DNA of 63,470 nt, counting the filler, from Perkinsus chesapeaki ATCC PRA-425 (Eukaryota > Protista > Perkinsozoa): the NCBI GenBank assembly GCA_013115145.1. It is 9 parts of 9 records of this genome, joined end to end, with 100 filler letters (N's around TTAATTAATTAA, not from the genome) between each part and the next. Parts side by side here need not be neighbours in the genome. Positions count along the whole stretch, not along the records: positions 1 to 12,186 come from JAAPAO010000820.1; 8 more parts are not named here. One strand, written 5' to 3'. Shown here one piece after another: positions 1 to 12,286 of this stretch. The notes beneath the pieces were generated by a model. The model had not been told where the DNA came from. It saw only the letters and a program-made list of their open reading frames with translations, and did not search any database. The stretch's first letter is position 1, and every line of letters begins with the position of its first letter. The translations under genes and the position numbers were made by a program.

Positions 1-1596
1 TCAGACAAGACGGTACCAGTAAGCTCTTTACTATGGGTGCAGAGATAGGTGAGCACGACAGATATTTGCAGCTGCGGTGATTTATTATGAGAAGCCCTTA
101 GCGGAGGGGCAGTAAGCCCTACTGAACATAATAGGAGTGGTTGGACAAGTGAAAACATTTGAAAATGATGCTATAAATGATAGAGGGGTAGCTCGGAGAA
201 AAACCATGCAGTAGATCCCCATATTGTTGGTTCGTTAAGCTGAGTTCCGGTTGGCAGCCTTATGTGGCGTGAGATCGTCATATGAAGGCATGTAGCAGAA
301 GCACAACAGTCAGTTGGTTGCCGAGGGGGGGGACAGCCTGCACGACGGGACATCATGTCCCGATGGAGCCATGCTTACTCAACGAGCTGGAAGCGTGTGT
401 TAGCAAAAGCCAGTGGGATATTTGGACGCTAATCAGTGCAGCGTGACTGTGGATGGACAGGAGGTAGTTTTCTCCTTGCATTAGAGAATGGTCAATCGAA
501 GCCGTTTGAGCAGTGGTGCATTTCATTCGTCGAAGTGGCGGCGATACCATTGCGCGGCCCGGTTCACAGGCTCTCAGTGCGAGTCTCCCACTCGGGCTCG
601 TCAAACCCGGTCTGAACCCAGCACCGGCCTTAGCTAGGATTTACAACATCGCACTAGTTCTGTTTGCTGAGAACGATCCTTGTCTGAGGTTTTGTAATCG
701 TGGATACTCGATAGATACTAGCATGACGTGAGACTCGTCACGTGACATGTCCCTGTTGATGAGATGATTCATTGTGCGCGCGGTATTCGCTCCCAAAAGG
801 AGTCTGGTGTCCGAGGAAGCATTGAAATGATTTCTGTAGGCCGGGAATGAAGTTCATATTAATAAAATGAACACTATTGCAATATGATATGATATTATGA
901 ATGCGATTACGTCGAATTGGTTCTATCTAGAGTTCGTTTGCCATAGTCTATTGTAGGTATGAAATGTGAGACCAAGCCGGAAGGAAGTCGTCGCGGTGGA
1001 GCGCCATTAAGACTCTCCGGAAAGAGCTCGAAAGGATTTTTTCTCTATCCTTCGGCCTCCCTTTGGAATAGGCAGTTCACGCAAATATTTGGCCTAGGCA
1101 CGTTAGCATGCTCCGATGTGATTTGCAAGTGGCAGGGAGAGCGATAACTCCTTGAAGAAACTGCGCTCCATACGACAGATTACGAGTTATAATACGGCGA
1201 ACCGCACGGGAGTCTCGTGATGGGAGTTTGTCTACTGGTGTGAGAATCCAGGCTTCTCCCCGGATAGAAGTAGTGGGTTAAACGAAGACGGGGAATTTGA
1301 GCGAAAATAGACAATGCTGTTCGGCTACTCGAAGACAACGTCTTCGCACAGTGGAGATTCGCAACCACACCTGGTGTGAATCACACAGTGTGATTGCACA
1401 ACCTATCACCGTGCTTCATATAGTGGCCCCCTGTTACGTACACTATTTTACATTTCGCGCAATGTGTGTTATCGTAGCACCCCTCAGTGAAGGTCAAATG
1501 GCATAAGTAAAGAAGTGTACCCGGTATCCCTATGTTTCAAATTTGGACTCGCAATAGCACAGCCTGTGCTATATGCAGTCCACACACAATGCTATT

Positions 1597-2900
1597 TTAA
1601 CTTATCCTGTGCTGCACAGGATAAGTTAAAGTAGCATTGTGAGCGGTATGTTTCACCAAAAGCAGCCTGCTCCTTCTACGAGACTCTCGATGCTCCAACG
1701 CGTTTGCAGAGACTCCCCTCTGACAAGCATCAAACGTCTTCGCGCGAACTTCCACTTTACCTTCAACAGGCCCTTGTTGCGTCCATGCTTTTACGAACCT
1801 GGAGACAACTGAATAGAGATGTGAGTAATTCATGGTGCTGGGGTTGCTATTAAACGAGGTCAGAACCAGCTCACTTGATCGAGCTTGCCTGGTAACTCGC
1901 TCTGGCTAGGTACTTGTATCTGCGATTGTATGCCGATCTTTGTCACATGATGTGGAACAAAATGCAAAATACTGGATCCTCGATGTCCCCAGCGACTACT
2001 TCTACATAACGTTCATAATATCCCAACAAAGAGTAAAACTGGTCATCGTATCAATAGTACTGAGGAGCGCTCGAGTGATTCTGCCTAGGCTATGCTGCAA
2101 TCTAAACACCGTAAAGCTGCAGCCCATCAGCTGGATCAACTCATGAATCATCGTAGCCTTTTTACGGCACTGCTCCATTACACAGACGATGAAGCAAGTT
2201 TCTTGGATCAACCTGTATGTGCATTCCCGTCTACCACGCTAGCCTGAAAATATTCCGATCAAGAGAGGGACAAGTGGTGCAACAACACGGGCTTTGCGCG
2301 AGACTGTTCCCCGACATTCCTGAGGGTGCAGCACAGATGATGCCTGTGACCTTCGATGCGGCCACGTGTAACAACCCAAAAAGGGAACGGGAAAATTATA
2401 AACTGGAAAGAAGGCGCGAAGTAACAGATAGAGTAGGAGAGTAACAGTATCAGCGCTGAGCTAGAACACAATCGTAGACACAACAATCTTCTGTGTTAGT
2501 AGTCATACGACACAATATCCCGGAGAGTATGAATTGTCGTAACAATAGTGAGGGTGTGCACACGACAGTGAGAAGCTCTCTCTCTCGCAGTCTGTCCCAT
2601 AGCCGCAGTGACTAGCATTCTATGATAACTGTCTGCCCTGGATAATACCGGTAAGATGAAAATGAGTTGTAATACTTCTGCCGTATTTGGGAATAACTAA
2701 GTTGGTGTTATCGTCAAGGATATTGAGATGTGGTCAAAGACACAATCAGATCTGGATGATACATTGAAATGTAGGGCGAAGCATAATCGAAAGAGGACTC
2801 ATATTCTCAGCAACTTCACCAACTGGATCTCGAAGTCGAGGAACAAGTACTCAGAAGTGAGGCTTTCGGTATCGCGACCTATTTGGCCGTAGAACTCATC
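1597..2900 (-). CDS. Probable multi-exon hypothetical gene, boundaries unresolved
   Basis: Several protein-like minus-strand blocks flanked by AG/GT (e.g. IQETCFIVCVMEQCRKKATMIHELIQLMG; VVSRFVKAWTQQGPVEGKVEVRAKTFDACQRG). No family recognised. Confidence 0.3.
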
Positions 2901-3079
2901 ACAACTTGTCAATCAGGAGGGTTAACTTGCTCTGAGCGAGTTTCCTCGTTGAGTTTCCAGTTTGCTCGTGCTGAGTCTCAGCCGAGTCGGTCGACCCCTC
3001 CCATTAACAAAAACAACAAAGTGACTGTGAAAGTTACAATGGTAAAAGGACGTAAGCTTTGACTCAGTTGGAAAGTGTG

Positions 3080-4067
3080 CTAGCGTTTCTTATACACACA
3101 TTCGGAAAGAACCGAAGGGTCAACAGTGTCATGTTCTGAATGCCGCTTTTTCAATCGGTTAAAGCGATAAATGTTAAAGTATGCTCTTGGTTCCACTTCT
3201 TTGCTGCTGAGCTTGAAGCCACACTTCTCAACCGAGTCGATGAAGGCGTCTGAGTCTGCTATTCGACTCTGGACTTCGGCAATCCAGAGCACTCCACCCG
3301 GCTTCAGGCATCGCCATGCCTCCTTAATGAAGGAGGGCCAATCGACACCTGAGACAATTCACCAGATACTCCAGCCTTCAGAAGACCTACCCATGAGAGC
3401 GAGGCAGAATACCGCAGCGTCGAGCTTCCCATCGTCCAAGGGAACATCGGCCATGTTGCAAGCGGTCACTGTGGAGTTGTGCGCAACCAAGTCAAATGAA
3501 TGTACCGTTCCTGAAGAACATGTTCAAATGGATCACTGTGTGCACTCACTTCCGTCTTTTCCGTTCAACGTCGCGCCGAGCCTCGCCTCACCGCAACCGA
3601 AATCTCCAATACTCACTAATTTCGGATGCTTCTCGAGATATCCTATAGCAACGTCCAGAGGATTTCGCGGCCATTCGACAGCCTGGGCGGCAAATCCCTT
3701 GTGGTAAGCTTCGAACAGCTTGGGATCCTTCTGGAACATATTGAATCTGCCATGCACGCCCGATATCTACGGTTCTCTGCGAAATGATACTCACGCATCG
3801 TCGCCTGAGCACGTGTAGAGCGCCTCGTTCAACATTCGGAACTTTGCCCCCTCCAGTTTGGTTGTGCCTGCAAGAACTTCGAAAAGGCTAGCAAGAGCAC
3901 ATTTGCTACTTACGTTTTTTCGGCTTTTTAGGGTGCTTTGCGGCGGCCTTAGGTTTGGCTTTCTTCGAAATGGCATGCACGGTTTTGCCCTTCACATTCG
4001 GTGCACCCGAGTTCGATCCCTCCCGGTGCCCTTTTTCCTTTGCCGCTGCAAACAGTGACGAAAACAT
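3080..4067 (-). CDS. RRP8: Ribosomal RNA-processing protein 8 (nucleomethylin, SAM-dependent rRNA methyltransferase), about 4 exons
   Basis: Spliced translation contains KLEGAKFRMLNEALYT, FEAYHKGF..Q...WPRNPLD, GDFGCGEARL, VHSFDLVA, DAAVFCLALMG, EAWRCLKPGGVLWIAEVQSR and C-terminal CVYKKR. The Lys-rich first exon starts at ATG 4067. Confidence 0.93.
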
Positions 4068-4155
4068 CAAAAACCTCAAGTAGACACTGTAACAGTTGAG
4101 AGCGGAACAGAACAGTACAGCCTACAGAAACTGAAGAGTTAACGTGATTTGTTCC

Positions 4156-7100
4156 TCAGGCATTCGTCTTATCCTTCGCCTCTTTCCGAAGGAGCCCCTC
4201 GATTTTCCTGCACTTCTCTTCTCCATAGAGCTCGACGTTTCTCGCATCAGAGCCTCCGTGCTGTAAATGCCTCTCGGCCTCTTTACCCGTCATGACAAGC
4301 ATGTTGCCTGTAGTAGGCCTGCCAAGAGGCGCTGAGCCTTCTTCCCATTTCCACCACATCAGGACCATACCGCCCACTTGACCTGATAGGCACTTCCCAC
4401 AAGAACCAGTCTGGGTTCTACCAATCTTAGCGAGAATATCCTTTCATACAAAGCGAAGGCGGATCTTGTTCAGGGATTCGTGGAATCAACACCCCCGATA
4501 TGAACGAATTTAATGTTCCTCTGCTAGCCTGGCAATCCTTTTCCTTAGAAAATGGACGCTAGGAAGTTTTCCTATCAAACTACACCTTTTCCCGTGCAGG
4601 TTTGACAAATGTCTTCCCCAAAAATGACACTAAGCATTCATGTTTGACACAAGTGACAATATGCAATCATTTCTGACACACCCTTGATTTATCGGCTCCA
4701 AGTTTGACAGCATTTGCACCAAGAGTGACAATGAGCGGCCAAGTTTGACATTCTGAGAATGAACATGCACACAGCGCAGGATCCACCACAGAAGGTGGTG
4801 CAAAGCGCTGAAAATGTCCTCTTAACCCTAGTAACGTTTTCGACCCTCGCGAACACACTTCCACGAGGCTAAATCGAGGCCAGACTACACCTTGTCGAAA
4901 GGTGTAATCTAAATCCGCCATTGTCTAGGTGTGCTCCTAGATCCGGGACATTATTCTTGCGATTACCCTCCACCACTCATCCTGTCTTATATAGCGATCG
5001 CAGAATTGAGCAGCGAGCGGAGTATCCATCTCACCTGAGATGACGCTCTTGCCGCCACAGACATCTGCGTAGATGTAGTTGGCTTCCTTCAGACTGACGT
5101 AATCGTCCAGGAGTCTATGTGGACATTGAGGACCAACCGCTTTCCGAATCTTCTCCTGCATTTTCCTGTACCTGAAAAAGATACGGTATAACTTCCACCA
5201 TCCAAGCCGCCTCGAGATATCTAGCCTACTGTTTCGGTCCGACAGCCTCCATTGCAGAGGGGGACATTGGCTGGCCTGCCAACTCGGTTAAAACATGAGC
5301 TGCGACGGCATTGCCGAAGATTGCTGGGAGCGGCGCAATAACAGGTAGAATTCTAACCTGATCAGTAATCAGACATAATCCTGATTAGTGAATACTTTCA
5401 ATGAATTCGGCCCTAATAAATGAAGCATATCAACGAAATAAGCTGTCCCTAACAATCTCATTCCTAAAGGAGATTGAATTCAAAAAAACGGCTCGAAAAT
5501 ACCACTACTGTTTTAGCTTCAAAGGGACATATCGAATCAGATTCCAACTCACTCTGAACTTCTCAAGTGTCTGGAAATCGCCGGGGTTCTCCTCCTGGAA
5601 ATCCTTCAATGGTAGCAGCCCTCGGGTAGGTTTCTGCGGTACAACACTCATCGCTTTACATCCGGTTTACACAGTAGGCAGCGGGGGGGCGCTACCTCTG
5701 TGGAGTAGATGGCGTATATCTTCTTCAAATCTTCATCGCCACCCTAAAGAATACGACATTTCAACTCCGGCTCGAAGCCCGGGTTTTGCGCCGGAGAAAA
5801 ACAGAAATGTAAACAAGAAGAGTAAGTGCGGGGCAGAAGAATTGTCAACACTAGATGTTGGACAATGAGCCGACCTTCCTGTGCGGTGCGAGCTGTCTCT
5901 CTCAGCAAAGGCAGCGATGACGCCAACATTTCGTTCCTCTTTCTTGAGTGCAGACCCGCGTCCCAACTCCTCAGCAGAGAGCTGGAGCAAGTAGCGAAAT
6001 TATCGCTGGAAATTGCTAAGTGATAAGATATTACTTAGCAATTTCCCAAGCTACTACAAATAGAGCTCGGGAAGCCTCATTACAACAATCCACTTAACGA
6101 TCCTAAGAGGGAAGCGTTCGGAACGGTGACGCATATATCAATGTAATTCTCAACGTTAAGGTTGGACACTGTCCATCATACTGTCCAATGGACAGTATGA
6201 TCCCTAAGTACCCGTGGCAATAGTATGTATATCCAGTTTGGTTAGTACCTCTTTAGCACGAACTCTTTGTTTCACCGCTTTGCATAGTTCATCTTCCTTG
6301 GTGTTATTTAGGGTCGTTATCTTCACCCTAGTTGGGTCGCATTTACACGCTGCTCCACCAGAGCTCACTACTTTGATGCTGCGAGTTGCGCAGTAACTAT
6401 AGAAAGAGAATAAGGCAAACAGTTGAATAGATGAAAAACAAATCAGAGAGCAGGCGAATGCATACCGGAAATCTCGAGAGATTTGCGTATTACAATATCA
6501 TATTATTCGATTCTCGATACGTAGCGGATATGCCTGCCATTCTCAGCATCACGTATTTGAACTCCGACAATTCGTCGAATGCCATTCAAGCGAGCTACTA
6601 TCCGATTGAGGTAGGTGAAGGTGTAAAAGTAGATCGCCCCGTTAGTTGTTAAAATAAAGCGCATATCGTGGGGCTCGTACCCGGGACGTCCGCAGGCAAT
6701 CGCAGCACCTTAACGTATTGAGCCACAAAGAACCGATTTCTAAGGCAATAATCTCACATGCATTTCCAGTTTCATGATGTGAGCGAATGAAAATCATAAC
6801 TACTCATAATACTGCTTTTCCTACTGTACAGGGTGTCCCAAAAATGTGCTTTTTTGAACAACTTTCTCAGGAGGGCGAATATTTCGACGACACGTGCGAC
6901 GTTCGAAAGCCCTCGAGAGTGACTTTCTAACGGCATACGGCCCATGATGATATTTCTATACATCATTTTTCGTGATGCTCTCCCTTATCCTAGTAACCCC
7001 CACCTGCTCCACTACACATTACTGTAAGAGGTCTGCCTTAGTCGGAAGATTGTCGATTGCATCTATGACAAAATCTGGCTTGAAATCCGCAATTAGTGAA

Positions 7101-8805
7101 TCTGCCTCCTCCAACTTGAACAGCGATTCCACAGCATCAACCTGAAGAGCGAATGCCGTTCCCAGGAATCCACAGCTGTAATTCACACAAAACCAGAATT
7201 GGATTGAGGTATCACCTGCTGGAGAGACAAGAGAGAGGAATTCAACAAAGTTTCCAATTTTTCACATCACCTGCGCCGCCGCGACGATGAACTGAAAATA
7301 TAATTTCCGAGATACTATCGGCATTGTCAGGGAAAACAAGATGACAGTTTATAACGAGCAATAAGATCCTTCCGACTTCCGTCCCACGAAGCTCTCGATA
7401 TCGCAAAGAATTCACTTTATGCTTGACTAGGGTTCCGGAGTCTCGCCGATTTTATCTCCTATCTGCCCAATTACATCGCAGAAGGGGTTGAATTCGTGTA
7501 TGAACTTTTTGACAGCAGTAACCTTTGGAACGCCAACATCATCCCAGATACCGGCTGCGTGTCGATTCAGGGACGACACTGTGAGGCGATCAAAGTCAAT
7601 AAGACGCATGTGACCTGAACAAGCCAACGATCATGCTAATATATCTTTATGCTGAAAGCAGCTCCGAGCGCATCTATGTGGATCTGACAGAGAAATTCTT
7701 AACCAAATCCCGCTGCTAGAATTTGAAGGGAAAATTCTAAATTCCAATCCAGTGAAATCCAAATCCTATTTACCATTGCCACATTGGCTACTCCCGAAAG
7801 GCAATTCCAAGCTATGGTGATGGAAAAGGGGAGATTAGGAAAGAACGGCTCCCGGGAGTCGGGAAGTCATCGGAATTAACCAGACGGATGCGGAAAAATA
7901 TATGGCTCAGAAAGCCTCCATATGGACCCCCGCCATCATTACCAATGCCGCTCCTAGCCAGGGTGACTGCAGCGTGGCTTCCTACACCGCCGAGGCCGAC
8001 AACAACGACTCTTGAATTCATAATATCCGTTTGACCCTTCTCACCAAAGAATTGGTAGTTTCGAACGAACTGCTCATCCATAACTGATAGGAGAAAAGCA
8101 AAGTGAATATTACTTGTCCGGTTTTATTCAGGCAAGTTACGTTATAATAATGAGTATGATTGATACTAGTTGTATAATCAAGTAAATGCCAGGATTCAGG
8201 TAGAAATCTTTCTTCCTCCCAAGGTAGCAAGTTAGTCCATCTCAAGTCCAAGTGTCACACTGTACGAGTATACTGTGTATAACCGTTTTGGTGTATGACT
8301 TTAACGGATCGTACTTTGTGTAGGGAGTGCAAGTGTATAATACTGAGATATGAGTTCCTTCCAGCTCCTCTATGACTCGCTGCCTGCCGCTTCCCCCGGA
8401 ATATTACCAACTTTGTCATTCGATACCTTCTCGCCGATCTTATTGCCCCCGGCAGCATCAGCACAAGCCTTGCCTTTCTTCAGCGCGCTGGCTAATAACC
8501 GCTCCTCCCGAGGAACCATAAGACGCCTATACCTGAGTAATTCCGTGGGCGGGAAATTATAGACGCTCGAAAAACGGACTCATTCGTGTGTTAGAGCAGG
8601 TTTTCAACTTAGAGGATCTTAATGTACGTTATTCCTATTGTCTAAATATACGTCTCAGACATCCTCATGTTATTTTCCCGCTGAATCCACTCCCGCGTTA
8701 TTACCCTAAAGTAATAGCCGCAGTGCCGAAAGCAGCAATGCCAATGCCTGCTAGAAATGAAGGGACGTCTAAGGACGACCTGTGTTGAGAAGAAGAGGAA
8801 CTCAT
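4156..8805 (-). CDS. tcdA: tRNA threonylcarbamoyladenosine dehydratase (ThiF/E1-like, TcdA / yeast TCD1-2 type) with N-terminal hydrophobic anchor, multi-exon
   Basis: Exons give RVVVVGLGGVGSHAAVTLARSG, RLIDFDRLTVSSLNRHA, PDFVIDAIDN, VVSSGGAACKCDPTRV, YSTEKPTRGLLPL, LPVIAPLPAIFGNAVAAHVL, KSVISG and a C-terminal exon NMLVMTGKEAERH. The N-terminus MSSSSSQHRSSLDVPSFLAGIGIAAFGTAAITLG starts at ATG 8805. Long introns lie at about 4385-5035, 5746-6247 and 6395-7020. Confidence 0.9.
6827..6860 (+). mobile_element. Solo Tc1/mariner-like terminal inverted repeat end in a TCD intron
   Basis: TA followed by CAGGGTGTCCCAAAAA, a typical Tc1/mariner-type terminus. No matching opposite end was seen. Confidence 0.5.
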
Positions 8806-8918
8806 TATGTACAAGAAACTGTAGGAAATAAGAAAACAACAAGCTACAAGACAAGTTGTTCAATAATTGGCAGTGTTGAAATACCGTCGGTCATCCTCAG
8901 CTCTATAATCCCCTATCT

Positions 8919-9490
8919 AATTGCCTTGTAATTACCCAATCCAATTGCCTTGTAATTACCCTATCCAATTACCTTATAATTACCCTATCCAATTACCGTA
9001 TAATTACCCTATCCAATTACCTTATAATTACCCTTTCCAATTGCCTTATAATTACCCTTTCCAATTGCCTTATAATTACCCTATCCAATTGCCTTATAAT
9101 TACCCTTTCCAATTGCCTTATAATTACCCTATCCAATTGCCTTATAATTACCCTATCCAATTGCCTTATAATTACCCTATCCAATTGCCTTATAATTACC
9201 CTATCCAATTGCCTTATAATTACCCTATCCAATTGCCTTATAATTACCCTATCCAATTGCCTTATAATTACCCTATCCAATTGCCATANNNNNNNNNNNN
9301 NNNNNNNNNNNNNNNNNNNNNNNNNNNNNNNNNNNNNNNNNNNNNNNNNNNNNNNNNNNNNNNNNNNNNNNNNNNNNNNNNNACTATCCAATTGCCTTAT
9401 AATTACCCTATCCAATTGCCTTATAATTACCCTATCCAATTGCCTTATAATTACCCTATCCAATTGCCTTATAATTACCCTATCCAATTG
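8919..9490. repeat. 24-bp tandem minisatellite (CCAATTGCCTTATAATTACCCTAT)n containing an internal N gap
   Basis: At least 15 near-identical units before the gap at 9289-9382 and about 4.5 after it. Confidence 0.97.
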
Positions 9491-10631
9491 CCTCTACTCA
9501 ATATGTGATTTCGCATTCAGCATATACGTGTGATTATATATATCTTATCATTTCTAAACATCTTTTAAACTCCGAACATAGCGCCTGTTGATCTTGCATG
9601 CTCGTTGGCTCTCTTAGAGCATATCTCGCGGGTGTTTTCCCAAGCATGCCCCTCTCGAATTACCTCGATGTTGTGGTGACTCAAATACAAAGGCCCACTT
9701 CTGGTCTATGAACTAGTTAACTGAAGTCCTCAACTAAAAAACAGAAAAAGGTACGAATCATGCAACCATTCGAAAATACAATCTTCAGAGGTCTGGCGTA
9801 CAGCATTATTAGATTATTTGGTCCAATTTGGATGACCTTGAACCAACCCCAATAATATCTTTGTGAGAGTCTGTAGTCTGTTCACTTGGACGACTTTAAT
9901 ATCCGACATTGACGAACCTTGGAGACACCGGCGACAGCGAGGTTCTTTCTTCTCCGCTCTTCCATTTTTGAAGTTGTGTTGATCGAGTTATGAGAGTTCT
10001 TTGCCGATTAGAAAATCTCACTTTACAGCGAGCATCTGGACATAATAACAAATTCATTTTCAGGAAGACTCATTTGAGCTTGACAACTTCCCAGTCTGGT
10101 TCGCCAATCCACCTTTTCAGGGCTGAGTTCGTACTTCAGTTCTTTACTAAAACTGGAAGTTTTAACGACCATTTAGATATCCCCGTTCAAGTTTGCTTAT
10201 CGAGTTGGTGTTTTCGATTATGGGGATGTTGAATTTCTAAAGACTAACTGCATTCAAGACTCTTGGATCAAGTGCAGTCATTTTGGCAAGAATTACGTCC
10301 GTAGCAATTGATCCGTAGCTCCCCTTGGCCAACGTGAAACACTCGGGCTGTTGCGGGTTAGATGATCTAAACAAATTTCCAGATCTAACTTAGATCTGGA
10401 AATGTGCTTGAGTTTCAGGGGAGATGTACAGAGCAGCCGGACTCAGGCCGTAACCTCCTCACACGGAAAACGCGAAAACATTGTACGTAAACGCATGGTG
10501 AGTAACGGTGAGTGCTTTCGAGAGATCAAGATGAATAAAGAGCTCTCATCATCACCTTGACAGTGGGAAAATACAGTTGAATGTCCGATCCCGTCTGCCA
10601 AGATCTCCGTAAGCTCCCCGAGAAGGAGAGA

Positions 10632-11721
10632 ATGGCTTTGGCGGTTCAAGGGCCTACGTTTATATTCGACGGCGTGTGCAACCTTTGCAATACTGCTCTC
10701 AGATTTGTAGGCTCCTTGCCATGTGGGACGATGGACTCCTAATTTCAGGTCAATGACCGTGTTAAAGAAGATTCTGACGTTAAATATATGTGGACAAATC
10801 ATCCGGACACGCTGAAGGTGTTGGCAAAGTAACTTCATTGGTATCCTCCCTGCTTCAAGCTATGATACTCTTTAGATACGACGTCGACGAAGAAGACATA
10901 AACAAGAGCTGGGGTTACCTTAAGGATGGCCATCTATATCGTGGTTCGACAGCTTGGCTTATGGGCATCCGGGAGCTCAAGGCCCCATGGTCCTGGGGAT
11001 ACTATCTCATTTACGTTCCCACATGCATAAGAGAGTTTGTGTAAGCCACGAGCCTTGCTGCTTATTGTTAGAATGTCTTATCTGAATCAGTCTGCGCCAC
11101 TCTGGGGATTCTTATTGTCCCGTGTGGTGTGAAATGTCTTATTTGCTTCACGAATGTTAAGTGTGACTGCCAGTATCCGATCGTTGTCGACAATTGCATC
11201 CTTCTAAAGCCGATCTTCTTGTCTCCTTCCTCGAGCATTTGCATACATTCTTGTACTTCAACGTATCTTTCATATGTTTTATCGAGCATCTTTCCGACAA
11301 AGCTTTTATTAAATGCAATATAGGCCTCACATTGCGAATTCATTGTTTGAAGTCTGCCAAAAATTCCCGATTCCGTTGGTGTTTTACAAGATTATACAAT
11401 CTCGGGAAAGCGTCTCTTCAGATGTTTGATAAGGCGGGGATTGACGCTTTTATTCACGCTTATAAATATAATTTTAATTTCTCTCAGTGGAACGTAGGAG
11501 AGACATAATAAATGATCGGTCCTTGCGCTTCGCAATCGGGCCACATCGCTGAGAACTTTCTCTCTTGCTTGCTATTGTAACATCTTAGATACAACTTGGT
11601 TGCCCGAAATCGTTATCGGTGGTTTGGGAGAAGTAATCAATGCCAAATGGTCAGCAAGTCCATGTTGCATCGATTCCTGCATACCACTAAGATGCCAACT
11701 GGAGGCACTAAAGTCGAATGA
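10632..11721 (+). CDS. DCC-family thiol-disulfide oxidoreductase (DUF393), 4 exons
   Basis: FIFDGVCNLCNTALRF (DxxCxxC motif); GHLYRGSTAWL; last exon YNLVARNRYRWFGRSNQC..RFL follows a ~550-bp intron (about 11041-11589). Confidence 0.88.
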
Positions 11722-12186
11722 ATCTAATCAGAGTGACGTTCGTAACTTGATTTTGCTTGTTTCTTGTGTACTAATCAGTACTTGAGCTCGAGAGTTGTCA
11801 TATGTCGTGAAAAGTATGAAGATAGTAGTCTGGACAATATCATTGGTAACCAAGTCTATAATAACCACATATATAGTAACAGCCAAAACATACACATGCT
11901 TAGCCTGGCAGTGGATGAAACCTTCCAACTTGTCAAGAAAGTTGAATTAAACACAAAATGGAGCGCCTACTCTCACACCTAACAAACGCACGACACTTAG
12001 AAGGAAGGCGTCGAGACACGCTTTACAAACACTTAACCTACATCAATCCTGTTAAGAAGTAACTGAAATGACGCTCGAAAGCTAATACGCACTGTGTTAT
12101 CATACATTACACAGAGACATATACTTGATGTCTACTGTGGAGCCATGTGTAACAGGATCCACACACAAATGGTGTAGAACTCATTG

Positions 12187-12286
12187 NNNNNNNNNNNNNN
12201 NNNNNNNNNNNNNNNNNNNNNNNNNNNNNNTTAATTAATTAANNNNNNNNNNNNNNNNNNNNNNNNNNNNNNNNNNNNNNNNNNNN
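12187..12286. other. Artificial contig-joining linker
   Basis: 44 N + TTAATTAATTAA (stops in all six frames) + 44 N. Confidence 0.97.

Noticed and set aside
3985-4040. tRNA-like GTTCGATCC plus T-run
   Set aside because: It is the antisense of RRP8 exon 1 and forms no cloverleaf.
4667-4921. Independent 84-aa gene
   Set aside because: It lies within a TCD intron over the TGACA array and has no recognisable motif.
8921-9508. (YNYPIQLP)n and (QLDRVIIR)n ORFs as proteins
   Set aside because: They are by-products of a stop-free 24-bp repeat, with no ATG start or unique coding flanks.
12187-12286. TTAATTAATTAA as a biological palindrome, and any gene neighbourhood across such sites
   Set aside because: The identical N-flanked 100-bp linker occurs eight times; it is an assembly artefact.
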